NCBI GenBank assembly: GCA_008632985.1
Contig: QPGO01000211.1
Location: 62,001-118,227, forward strand
Length of the DNA: 56,227 nucleotides
Source of the DNA: Psammoneis japonica
Lineage: Eukaryota
Direction of reading: 5' to 3'
Shown here piece after piece: positions 24,866 to 36,050 of this stretch. The notes beneath the pieces are model-generated. The model was not told where the DNA came from. It made no database searches and saw nothing but the letters and a program-made list of their open reading frames with translations. Position numbers and translations under genes: made by a program. How positions within the stretch are numbered: position 1 is the first letter of the stretch; the number at the start of each line of letters is the position of its first letter.

Positions 24866-26947
24866 ATGTTGGAACCAAGTGACAATGATGTATTGTTTGG
24901 AAGGGGAAAAGGCTCACGAGAGCACCTTGGCAACTGCGAATTTCTAAGGCTCGTCCGACGCTACAAGCATGCGTACCAGGATGCGAGCAACAGAAAGCAA
25001 AAGAACGACGTCGCACAGCTGATTCTAGGTGCAATTTACAGACGAAAGGGAAGATTCTTGGAAGCATCCGAGAAAACAGGCGAATGGGAACAAGTCAGTT
25101 CCGAAAAAGCACTCAAGAAAGTAAAGCAGGCGCTGAGAGAAAAGAGAAACTTGGATGCTGACACTGTGCAAGAATCACCCTCATTTTCTGCTGCAGAGAC
25201 TGCCAGCAACTACGGGTATCGTTCCTATAATATATTACATCAGCTTGGAGTCGTGATGCCTCCGCAGCCTCCGCAACCGAAAGCGTTTCCGTTTTCGACA
25301 ATGGCAGTGGAACAAAACATTTCACCGGCGCTGAATCATTTAGCGCAGATTCACGGTCTTCTCTCTCAACCCTTTGCAGCAACTGCTCCCGTGGCTCCAC
25401 CTATGGAGGCAAGGTCTTTTCACCCGGCACCCGCAAGCCACCTTGTGGTTCAGCCTTCATCAATGGGGTCTATGAGTGTTTACCACGCACTGCCACGTAC
25501 AAGCTCGATAAAACGAGACACGGTGTCTTCAGAGTCGCCTCGGGAGATTCGAAAACCTTCTCCATTCCGCGAGGAAGCTGCGAAAGGAAGGTTAAACGCG
25601 CCAAGTTCACTTTTACAGGAAAAGAAGCCACCGCAAGACCCACTTAGTCAACGCCCCATTATGCACACTGTTCCTCCAAGAGATTCGAAACAGAAGGAAG
25701 CACCGCCGCAGGTGATAGAGGAGGAGGCAACAGTTCAAAACATTATTCCTCAAGACAATCCTGATGCAACGCAAGAGCTGCAGAGAGAGATGTCTAATCG
25801 TCGTTTTGGAGGTGGGAGCCTATCCAAAATTTTTCGCAGCCTTGACGAAATGCAGCGGCTTCACGATGCCACTTTTAACAATAATGAACCCGATGATCGG
25901 CAACAGCAAGAGAGTAGAGCCCATGTCATTCCTCCTGAATCCTACGTATCCCTGACGAGTCAGGATATTGCGGCTGCTGAATTCTTGTTTACGTCCTTGA
26001 CGGAAGCTTCTACAAATCATCAAAAAGCAGATGATTTTGCCATTTCAGAAGAAGAGCAACGCACCGCCACACAAGATCTATTTGGAAAGTTACGCATATC
26101 GACGCCCCCTCCCACAAAGCGAATAAGACGTTGCAACAGTACGAGTGATGTCTCGTATTTGTTGGTAGAATTAAAGCGTCACCTGGATTCGATACCAGCA
26201 AGTGAAAAGAAAGCGTGGCTGGAGGCCCGTACCAAGGCTCGTGATGTAGAAATAAATGATCAGCGACTGGAATTGTTTTTGAAACGAGAAGATATGGACC
26301 CAGAGAAAGCAGCACATCGTTTCGTCAAGTACTGGGAAGAACGACGAAAATGGTTCGGATCCGACAAGTTCACATTGCCAATGGCTTTGGATGGGGCAGT
26401 GAAGGACGATAAAGAAGCTATTGAGGCAGGATTGTTTCGACTGCTTCCTTACTTGGATACTTCAGGGCGACAGTTGATGCAATGTTTCGCACGCATGAAT
26501 AACTATAAAGGGTACAATACAAAGAACATGACTCGGGCATATTGGTACATGTGCGAGGTGGCCGCCCAGCACCCAGGCGCTTCGGAGGGTATTGTGCGAT
26601 TGGTATGGATGAAAGGGGCGTCCCTTTTCGACACCGACCTAGAACTTGAGTGGAATATGGGGAATCTCGACGAAGCTGTTTTTCCCGTGCCTGTTCGCGG
26701 AACTCACGTGCTTCGCCTACCGTACGTAGTGTCAAAGTTCTTGAAACCAATTGGACTTGCTCAGCAGCCCAAGAGTAGTCGTTCCCGTATTGTTGTGCAT
26801 GATGTTGCCGAATCAAAGGTTGTGGAGACGCTTTCGAGCTATGGCATTTTCCAAAGTATGATTCCAATTAATATGGGTGGAACCTGTGAGTATGACCACA
26901 CGGAATGGTTAGAACGCAGAAGAGAAAAGGAAACGGAAAACGCTTGA
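24866..26947 (+). CDS. DUF6824-type N-terminal domain plus C-terminal CRAL-TRIO-like domain protein (diatom-expanded family)
   Basis: DVLFGRGK...HLGNCEFLRLV...GRFLE...WEQVSSEKALKKVKQALRE at the N terminus; LFLKREDMDPEKAAHRFVKYWEER, DTSGRQL and IPINMGGT at the C terminus. Confidence 0.85.
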   Translation: MLEPSDNDVLFGRGKGSREHLGNCEFLRLVRRYKHAYQDASNRKQKNDVAQLILGAIYRRKGRFLEASEKTGEWEQVSSEKALKKVKQALREKRNLDADTVQESPSFSAAETASNYGYRSYNILHQLGVVMPPQPPQPKAFPFSTMAVEQNISPALNHLAQIHGLLSQPFAATAPVAPPMEARSFHPAPASHLVVQPSSMGSMSVYHALPRTSSIKRDTVSSESPREIRKPSPFREEAAKGRLNAPSSLLQEKKPPQDPLSQRPIMHTVPPRDSKQKEAPPQVIEEEATVQNIIPQDNPDATQELQREMSNRRFGGGSLSKIFRSLDEMQRLHDATFNNNEPDDRQQQESRAHVIPPESYVSLTSQDIAAAEFLFTSLTEASTNHQKADDFAISEEEQRTATQDLFGKLRISTPPPTKRIRRCNSTSDVSYLLVELKRHLDSIPASEKKAWLEARTKARDVEINDQRLELFLKREDMDPEKAAHRFVKYWEERRKWFGSDKFTLPMALDGAVKDDKEAIEAGLFRLLPYLDTSGRQLMQCFARMNNYKGYNTKNMTRAYWYMCEVAAQHPGASEGIVRLVWMKGASLFDTDLELEWNMGNLDEAVFPVPVRGTHVLRLPYVVSKFLKPIGLAQQPKSSRSRIVVHDVAESKVVETLSSYGIFQSMIPINMGGTCEYDHTEWLERRREKETENA

Positions 26948-27534
26948 TGGAACGAAACTGGATATAAATCAGAAAGCGACCCCTGTTGTCGCGATTCGTC
27001 TTCGGAAAGACCTTACTCTTTCATGTGGCCTATTGCCACACTTGTTGCTGACAACGGGGGAACGATGAGCTCGCACCTAAAAGTGATGCTGCAGCGAGTT
27101 GGCCACAAGCTTACTAAGTTGTTGATGGAAAAGGTTATCGATGGCGAGGTTCTGGTACACGACTCACGAACGAGCGAGCGTGCGGTGTGTGCCTTGACGA
27201 TAGCAAAAGGACTGGATTAAAATGTTTATTGTATTTGCTTGTTTGGAAAAGTAACTACATTTGTTTAGCTGCTACTGAAAAGTTCCTCTAGCTTATAGAT
27301 TTTTGTTTTCTGCTGAATTCTTATGTCCACTCTTTTAGACTTCCGCTCTAGTAGCTAGTATTCGAAACTTATGATAGATATACTGGTGGCGATGAGCCTG
27401 AATGAATGCACGTTATGGTTGGACAAAGAGCATAGTAGAAAAACCTTAGCATATTGAATAACATTTACAAACAAAAATCGCTCATTTACAAATCAAAATC
27501 TCCTTCAGACTGCCGCGCTACTTATACCCAAATA

Positions 27535-29374
27535 TTAAGTGTACCTCGTTTTCTCTGAGTCAACAAGAGGCGTAGATTGGTCGGTCGCTTCCACATCACC
27601 GTGTTCTGGGGTTGAAGCAAGTTTGCTTGAGTTCGCAAACTCGCGGCTGCTACTGAAATGTTCGTGAATCCAACGCCCCCCTTTAATTGGCTGGAGACTT
27701 TTCCTTGTAATATCGTTTCGACCAGCTTGCGACCGGATAAAAGGCTTGAAAAGCGTAAATGGAAGCGGTTCAAAGAAATGTAAGGTGCTGACGACAAAGT
27801 ATAAAATTTCATAAGCATCATTGACAATGCTCACCATGTATGCCGTTGCAAAAAGAGAGACCAGCGATGCGGCAAGAACGGGGGGGTTGGCATTGATCTC
27901 TCCTGCCAGGCCACAGAGAATTAGGGTTGATGCAAGTGCAGTCCGTGTTATCGCGACATTAATGCCAGCCGCAAAGCAAAGGGCTGCAAGGGTTGGAGAA
28001 AGCGAGGGTATCACATATGTGAGTGCCTTTCCGAAGGCAGATCCCGCGAAAAAGAAAGGAAAGATAAAGCCCCCACGATAGCCGCCTGCGACTGTAAACG
28101 AAATTGCCACCATTTTCAGAACGCCAACAATCATGGCAGTCCAGAAGGAATTCATTTCAAAACCAATCAGCCCTGCAGTAGGAAAGACGTTGGGCAGTTC
28201 GCTCGCTGGAGCGGCTAGCGCAACAGTCGGAATCTCCAATTCTCCCCAGAACAGGGTGTGAGGCACCAACACGCCAATCAAAACAACCCCAGTGGCTCCA
28301 ACAAGAGCGCGCTGAACAGCATTTTTATTATCCATGAGATTCCACTTCCTAAAAAAGCTAATCACAAACTTGTGAAAGTACACAAACATGGCAGCAACGG
28401 CAGCTCCACAAAGTCCCAAGAGAGCACCCACTCCGACCGTGGATGGCGAGGACGGTCCTAGCATAGTATCCGAGAGCTTCCATACAGGTCCTATTTCGAG
28501 TCCGGCCAACCCACGAAAGACAACGAGACATACGGTGCCACTAAAGATGGCATGCATAGTATGCTCGTAATATTCGATGCCGAAACGGTTGTTAATTTCG
28601 AGTGCAAAGAGTGATCCTCCAAGTGGCACTCCAAAAAAAGCCGCCAGAGCACAAGCCATTCCCTTGCAGGGGTCAACGGTGATGAAAGATGAGTGATGCG
28701 AGATGGAAGGATGACAAACATCAGGAACAGGTACGTAGCCAGGAACAGCTTACCATTAAGGTGTGTTTCCTAACTAGATCAACGCGTTCCGTTCCAAACA
28801 CATTTCGGCCAATGAATGCACCAAAAGCCGCGCAAATGGCCACAAGAGGTGCTTCAGGTCCCAACGATCCTCCTCCCAAAATACTAAACTGACTAGCCGC
28901 AACCATTGGGATAACGTGATCCATTCCAATAAAAGCCTTGTCACGAACGCACTGGACTGTGTAAGACAAGTCTCCCGGTTCACCTAAAAGACGAACCGAA
29001 AGTCCTACACAGACAGCACAAGTAAATCCCACGAGTGGAATCCATAACCAATGAAATGATTCAGGAATACTGTACTTTTCCACAAGCATTTCAGGCAAAT
29101 CATGCCATAGGTAGCGCAGCAAGAAGAACAGCATGGAATAGTAAATGAAGGCAACGATACCGCACACAATGCCAATCGTCACTGCAATCGTGGTAACTCG
29201 GGGAAGTGCGCCAGGTATAAAGTTTTTTAGATCCACCCAACAAGATCCGGACGAATCCTCATCTTCTGCTCGATGGAGTTGCTCAACTGGCTTGGACAGC
29301 ACACGAATCGAGGAAAAGTCTTCGGGTGGCTTATCGTCGCCATTGTCTTGGTTTGTTTCGGGCAATGGCGCCAT
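27535..29374 (-). CDS. CLC-family chloride channel/antiporter without CBS domains, 3 exons
   Basis: GGGSLGPEAPLV, AAFFGVPLGGSLFALE and GYRGGFIFP motifs, many TM helices; GT-AG introns 28663-28753 and 27745-27834. Confidence 0.9.
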
Positions 29375-29579
29375 GCTTCAAACTGCTTGAAGAAGAAAAA
29401 ATGAGATGAGTGCAATAACGGAAGTGCTGGGCCGAGGCCGAGATTGGCACCCCCCTGAAACTTCCCTCCGTTGTTGTCGTCTCGCCTTTCTCTGGGTGCG
29501 ACTTTTTTGACGGAAGTTTCAATCGTGGAAACAGAAGTGGTCGTGCCTTTCGTGGATATTCTACATGGCGAGTCTTATC

Positions 29580-30260
29580 CATGACTGAAACACATTCCGC
29601 AATGAGCCTCTGACGCACGCAAGAAAGAAAACGTCCGTCCGCGCACCAACCAAAAGCCAATCAACACCCACTGCCGGCCAATCGACCTGAAGCCAACCAA
29701 TCAACGAGCAGCCTCGTGACACATTGCCATTAACCGTGTGAAACTTTCTTCCTGGCATTTCACCGGCTTTGTTTGCAACACGCCATCATCATCATTGTTC
29801 CTTTTGGAGTTCTGCTGCTCGGTGCGGGCCTCTCCTGCACGTGTGATGAGCGAGCACACACACACTGCGAGCAATGGCGCAATTGCCGCAAGAAGCAGTC
29901 TGACATTGTGCCCATTGCCCCATTGCACTGGTGCAGTTTTCAAGGACAAATGACAACCAAGCACAACAAGTGTGCTGGAGACAGTGATGCCAATTTTTGC
30001 AGCTTTGGTTTTTTCAGGAAAGATGCAAAAAAGAAAAGCATTGGAAAAAAAGCAGCGACAAAGCCAGCTTGCTCATTGCTGTGGCACAGGAGCATTGCCA
30101 CATGTCACTGCATGAAACTTTCTCCATGGCATGTCACCAATTTCTTGGCAGCATTGTGTGCTTCATCATTGTTTCCTTCAGGTGTCAGCCTGACACACAC
30201 AACATGACACAAACACAACATGACACAACAGCTCGTCGCAACATGTGCTCAGAGTGCACA
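29580..30260. repeat. TpA-void flank of the retroelement, with a degenerate internal repeat
   Basis: One TpA (TTAA at ~29730) in about 680 bp; tgaaactttct..tggcat.tcacc...catcattgtt occurs at ~29739 and ~30113. Confidence 0.6.
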
Positions 30261-30708
30261 GATCCGAGCATGGACTCTGCAAACCGCCGCTTCGGACTGG
30301 ATCTCGAACGATCCTAGTCAAGAACCACTGAGAAGTGACAAAACATTGGGGCACTTAGGAGACTCACAGAACAGAGCTTTCGGCACAAGCTCTGCTCCGC
30401 ACAAGGGGGGACGGGAAAAACCCAAACCCTCCGCAGGGTCCTGCACCAGCACAGGGGCTCTTCCGGAAAACCAACGCAGCACTGATGCCTCGGGCGTTTT
30501 CGAGGGCCAAACTCTAGCATCGCACCCTTTGGCATTTTGCGACATTGGGTGCAAACTAGAGTGCAATCGGCCAACTCGAACGAAGACACGCCAGACCAAG
30601 TTTTCCCGCACGAAAGCCAAAGCTGTCGAAGGTGTTGTGCTGCACAGTTGTCTTGGACCTCGTCTCATCGACTCCCGAGGCCCAATGAGATGAGTCGAGC
30701 TCCAATCC
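30261..30708 (-). repeat. Split direct repeat B2 (3' terminus)
   Basis: About 447-bp direct repeat of 30973-31419. Confidence 0.95.
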
Positions 30709-30727
30709 AGGGTGTGGGGGGTGGGCA

Positions 30728-30973
30728 AAAAAGAACAATGCTTTTCCGAGCTTGAGTGATCCAGTCACGTTGATCAGGGTTCCTGTTCCAACAAAGCTGG
30801 AAAAGTGAGAGAAGAGAAGACCGAAGTTTGACCGGTCACAGTCAGGAGACTAGACCAAGTCATCTTGAGTCGGAAGCACCCTGCTTCCGACATGGATTGA
30901 GCAAGGGGTCACAGTCACCAAGCGGGGTTGGCTTGAGTCAGTCCATCTCCATCTAAACTTGGGTGCGAGGAGG
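30728..30973 (-). repeat. Split direct repeat A2
   Basis: 246-bp direct repeat of 40013-40258. Confidence 0.95.
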
Positions 30974-31419
30974 ATCCGAGCACAGACTCTGCAAACCGCC
31001 GCTTCGGACTAGATCTCGAATGATCCCAGTCAAGAACCACTGAGAAGTGACAAAACATTGGGACACTCAGGAGACTCGTGGAACAGAGCTTTCGGCACAA
31101 GCTCTGCTCTGCACAAGGGGGGATGGGAAAAACCCAAACCCTCTGCAGGGTCCTGTGCCAGCACAGGGGCTCTTCCGGAAAACCAACGTAGCGCCAATGC
31201 CCAGGGCGTTTTGAAGGCCAAACTCCAGTGTCGCACCCTTCGGCATTTTGCGACGTTGGGTGCAAACTAGAGTGCAATCGGCCAACTCAAACGAAGACAC
31301 GCCAGACCAAGTTTTCCCATGCGAAAACCCAAGCCGTCAAAGGTGTTGTGCTGCACAGTCATCTTGGACCTCGTCTCATTGACTCCCGAGGCCGAACGAG
31401 ACGAGTCGAGCTCTGATCC
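30973..31419 (-). repeat. Split direct repeat B1
   Basis: Direct repeat of 30261-30708, abutting A2. Confidence 0.95.
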
Positions 31420-31532
31420 CCCCGATGAGAATCCTGGGCAGTGGCCACCAAACATGATGATCCAGAGAGCAGGAGGATGGAGGACTGCTCTCCGGGGACC
31501 TGACGTCACCAAGGGCTTGAGACCATCCCAAA

Positions 31533-33199
31533 TCACATGGCCTTGGTGCAACGCAGGAATGAGGGTAAAAGAAGGGTGATGTCGGCACAGTGTTGCCGCA
31601 TTTTATGTGTGGGCCGTGCCGCCCCCGACCTTTCCTTCTTTTTCCACCGGTTGATGACATCAATGTCATCTTCCGACACCTTTTGAGCAATGGCACGTGA
31701 GTCAGATCCCCTCCTGAACAACCAACTCACATCACATTTGTCCTGCATGTCAGTGAGGGAAGTGATGTCTGCTGCGAATGAGCTTGGGTGGTCATCATGG
31801 ATGTCTCCCAAGACTTCATGCAAGAAAGCGTTGAGCTCTTTAGTGGACAGGGACCTGTCCATCCACATTTGATGTCGCTGGTCCACGCGTTTGCCGATGA
31901 CCCCAGTGCAGTGAGATTGCTGTTTCCACCCAAAACCGAAGGTTGACACCTGAGCTGGCAACGTTAACACTGGGGAGGAGGAGGCGGCCGCTCCCCATGC
32001 TCTCCCTTCACCCGGCCTAAAAGAGGGACCACAACACACTCCGCATGTCTTGGCAGATGTTTGACCACAGCACCCAAGTCTGTGAGCAAACCTTCGGGGC
32101 CCCGAAGGGACAAGACGTAGCTTGCTGCAAAGTGCAATCTGCATGTGAGGTGCACAAATCTGTCCGCCTCCCCGGGGGCTCAAAGAGCCTTCTCCTCGAC
32201 CCGAGGCAAAAGATGTTGCATGACATCCACTGATGTCGCCCTGTCGGGCCTCCAGTCTTGACCCATCCGTCTCTTGCACCCAGTCATAAAACGTTGGAAC
32301 CACAGCGAGGCTCGCGGGTCCTCGCATGTCCGAAGACACAGTTTTCCTTCCAAGTCCCCCAATGCTAAAGCACGTGAGTTCGCCTGCGCTGAAGCGCGCA
32401 CCTGATTGGAACAAGCGGCACGCAATTTTCGGATTGTGTCAAACTGGGTGCAGGACTCCAAGTGTTTCCCCGCAGCCGTCAATGCCAAGATGATCTGCAT
32501 CGCGACCTTGCACCCACAGTGATCACAGGGCGGGAGAGGACCTGGTTCGAGGTGAGGGCCTGTCAGGCCCAGACGCTCGGATGAGACTGGGCCCCTTCCA
32601 ACTCTCGATGCATTTGCTTCAACCATTGTTGACTCCCTGCTCCAAAACGCGTCCAAGATCACCCGTCGAACACAGGCCAAGGCAACCTCGTCCCGAGGTG
32701 ATGATGGCAAAGGTTCCCTCTGGTGTGGCTTGTGAAATGCACAGGAGTCACACTCAAACGCCACCATGAGATGATCTCCTGCTCGAGCCCGCACGAATTT
32801 GTTTTTGTCGTGCGGCTTCCGATGCCACGCATTGTCGTCCAACCTTGGGCGGTCCGCCCTGAGCATTTGCGCATCGTCATTTTGAGGGTCGTCCGCCAGG
32901 GTCCCTCCTGGATAGAAAGTCACGCTTTCTCGCGAAGCACAACACCCTGGACACCACACCTTCCGACATGCCGGCCAGATTCCTGCATTGTGCACAAAAT
33001 TTGTGCAGAACATTCCTTTCGTCCACCGTAGCATCCGGCCACACTTGTCGCAAGGACCGGTCCATGGCACACATTTTTGGGGTCCCCCGAAGCTGCCAAG
33101 GGCTGCAGGAAACAAACAGAAAAAGGAGGCTGATTGGCAAGGGCTCGAACACATCACCTGGCCAGAACGGTCTTGATCCAGCCGGAATGGTGAACACAA
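31533..33199 (-). pseudogene. Tyrosine recombinase of the retroelement (frameshifted)
   Basis: ARAGDHLMVAFECD, ILDAFWSREST, QFDTIRKLR, KRRMGQDW, FRRGSDSRA, IDVINRWK and MRQHCAD (position of the catalytic Tyr), spread over two frames. Confidence 0.85.
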
Positions 33200-36050
33200 G
33201 GTCCGCCGCCTTGCACAACTGCTTCTGCCACTCCGGTGTCATTAACGTGGGCAGATGAACATGTGAAAAGATGTCTGACATTTGATCCTCGTGATCCGGA
33301 GCTCTTCCAGGGCCATTCTCGCCGCGGCTGGGGGCCGGGCCCAAACCCAAGTGCCTGCATTGAAACAGGGCATTTCGATTGCCTTGTGATCTGGGTGACT
33401 CCATCCCGCAATGTCATGTCCCTTCTGACACCAATCCAAGGGGGTCAGCAGCTCCGGAGGCGGGGCACCAGCCCAAGATCAAACCCACGCGAGGAGAGCA
33501 GGCGACCAAGCTGTGGCTCCGAGATGGAGAGGGACAAACGACAACATCTTGGCTCCGTTCATAGCCCCTTCGGACAAGACTCCCCTGGAGACTCCATCCG
33601 TGCCCTGAGCTGTCATCCGCCCCCCCCGAGACGTGCATGAGGCACAGCCTAATCCCACACTTGGCCTCTAAAGATTTCAACCAAACAATCTGCTCAAGCA
33701 GGAGGGGACTGGAAGAGGCACCCTTGTGCCATGCCATCTCGGCAACCGAGTTGTCCATAAAGAAGAACAAGCACGCGCCGGTCAATTCCCCCTGCTCTCC
33801 AAGTTCCTGGATGGCATCGACCGCATTGGACAATTCCTTCCAGTTTGATGAGTTTCCTGGTTCGTCCTCGCCCCACACACCAATCCAAAAGATGATTGTT
33901 CCATCCGATGCTTCCAGGGACGTGCCGAGGCCTTTTCTGGATGCATCGCCAAAACCGCAAAGGACAGCGACGATTTTTGAAGACCTGATGATGACCGCAG
34001 CAGGGGTCGGAGACTCCACAATGCGGGACACAGCTGTTGGGTCCATAAAAAGACGAGGGACCGCCTTGACCTGCTGAGGTGGCGGCTGATCCCTTAGCCC
34101 ATCTGCAACCTCTGACGGGTCTGGGCCCTGCTTCTCAGCAAGATGATGAATCCAACTCGTGAACTCTTTTGCCGTCATTGCCCAACCATCCTCCTTTCGG
34201 TTTGGGTGCCACGAGTCAAGGGTCAAATGGATCCCTTTCAAGAGTGGTGTTAGAAAAGAGTGAGTCATCGCAAGGTGGACCAGAAACCCCCGCTTCCACT
34301 CCAGATCCTTGAAATTAAAAGTGGGGAGAAAGCCCTCCGGCCAACCAGCATGACAACCAAGCAAATCGGCAATGATGACCTTGGCTTTGTCCCATTTGGC
34401 CTGAGCAACTGACTGGGTGACATCCCCATCGATAACTCGGAAGATGGCGCCAGCCCATGCTCTGGTTTTCACCTGAGAAGGGGGGGGCGCACCTTTCGGG
34501 CAGCGTTCTGGAGACCAAGATGCTGCAAGCGGGAGGCCATTTGGTGAGCCACTTGCCATGAGGATTCCTCGCTTGCCCCCATTCCCCGCAAGTCATCCAC
34601 AAATGTTTTGATGTCCCCAGCAATTTCCTGGCGACGCAAATTCCACTTCATGACAAACGGTTTTTCCACCTGGAAATTTGGGTCACCCGGCAAGTTTAGG
34701 ACCAGCTTGTTGTGCCCCGCAATGTTGGAGACTCGTTTTGGATCGCCTCGGGCAATCTCATTGGCCCAACAGAATGCCCGCACCGCCAGGTGAGGGCTGG
34801 GATGCATCCCCACAAACAAACGGTTCCAACACTTGAACCAGAGTGGGCCCGCCGAGACAGGCTCCAGCGACAGGAGACACGCCTTGAGCGGAGTTAAGGC
34901 AATCACACAACGAGCTGATGGATGGCAAGACGATTGGACTTTCTGAATTTTTTTTGTGCTGGAAACTTCGTGCGCGCTACACGCATCATCGCTGAAAATC
35001 GGCGACATGACGGTGGTGTGTTGTCATGACGACAACGATGACAGCGACGTGTCCCAGAGTCTTTTGTCATCACAGACATTTAGTTTGTTAAGTTTGAGAA
35101 TGCACTCAGTCATGAAAGTCCCCGAGAGCAATCTCCGTTCGAAAGCAAAACGTCACGCCAATGCCGAGCTCTGTTTTCCGACCTGTCACTGTTGTGCATT
35201 CATTGTTGACGATTGAGACTTTGTCAGGCGGACTTTCTGTGCATGTGCGTGTTCCATGCAGTGCAATTGATCATTGTGACAAGTGCCCATTTCAAAGTCG
35301 TCCTGTGTGAGCTTGAGAAAAATGCCATTGTCATCGTCGGCGTCGACGGCAATTTGTCGCGCAAATCGCAAAAAATGCACGACTGTCATCTGTCTGACAT
35401 TGCGCTGCTGTGCGCTTGTTGTGCGCATGCCTTAAGTCAATCCCCGCATGTGGCCGGATGTTGGGATCCATGAAAAAATTTAAGAACATGTCGCCCAGAT
35501 CGAGGTCCACCGAAAATGTCGAATGGGTCATGCACCCCAGAACTGACGCGGGAGTGGGCAAGAAAAAGGAGGGGGCCCACAGGGCATCATCCAACCCAGA
35601 AGAAGTGCCATTGTGAACCATTTGCATGTCCTTGACGATCTCCACCAACCGACCATTCTGGGGTTCCACTCGGACGGTTTTTGGGACCCAGAAACAATCT
35701 GTTGAGCTGATCACCCCACCTCGATGGATGCAACCTTGGTCTTGGACCTTTTGCACTTTGTCCGCCATCCTGCCAATCTCATGCTCTGAACCCCGAATTC
35801 GCTGGCATCGGCGATTGCGAGGGAGGGGACCTTTGACAAAAATCTGGATCCCATCCCGAGCCCCAACCCACTGTTCCAGAGTGGGCCATCGCCAAAATAG
35901 AAGGGATGAACCTCGGCCCCAGCTCCACCATGAACTGCCCAATGCTTGTGTCAACACATCCGCCCCAAGGTGTGCGTCAAGCAGCAAGGATGGGAGTGGA
36001 GGGTGGCGACAAACCCCCCCTGAAGATGCCCTGTAGCATCCCCAAAATGC
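32877..36050 (-). pseudogene. pol: reverse transcriptase, RNase H and DIRS-type MT-like domain (frameshifted, MITE-interrupted)
   Basis: RT motifs DLDLGDMFLNF, WNRLFVGMHPSP and KTFVDDLRG; RNase H motifs GFGDAS, SSNWKELSN and FFMDNSVAE; then WVWARPPAAA...FICPR/LMTPEW. Confidence 0.9.
34898..35431. mobile_element. 534-bp MITE-like insertion in RT, flanked by TTAA
   Basis: TTAA at 34894-34897 and 35432-35435; imperfect TIR GGCAnnCRCACAACRAGC; removal restores the frame AGIDL|TPLKAC. Confidence 0.9.

Noticed and set aside
30261..31419. Reading the B repeats as LTRs of a small LTR element
   Set aside because: No TG...CA ends, PBS or TSD; the intervening A segment recurs at 40013-40258, which fits split direct repeats.
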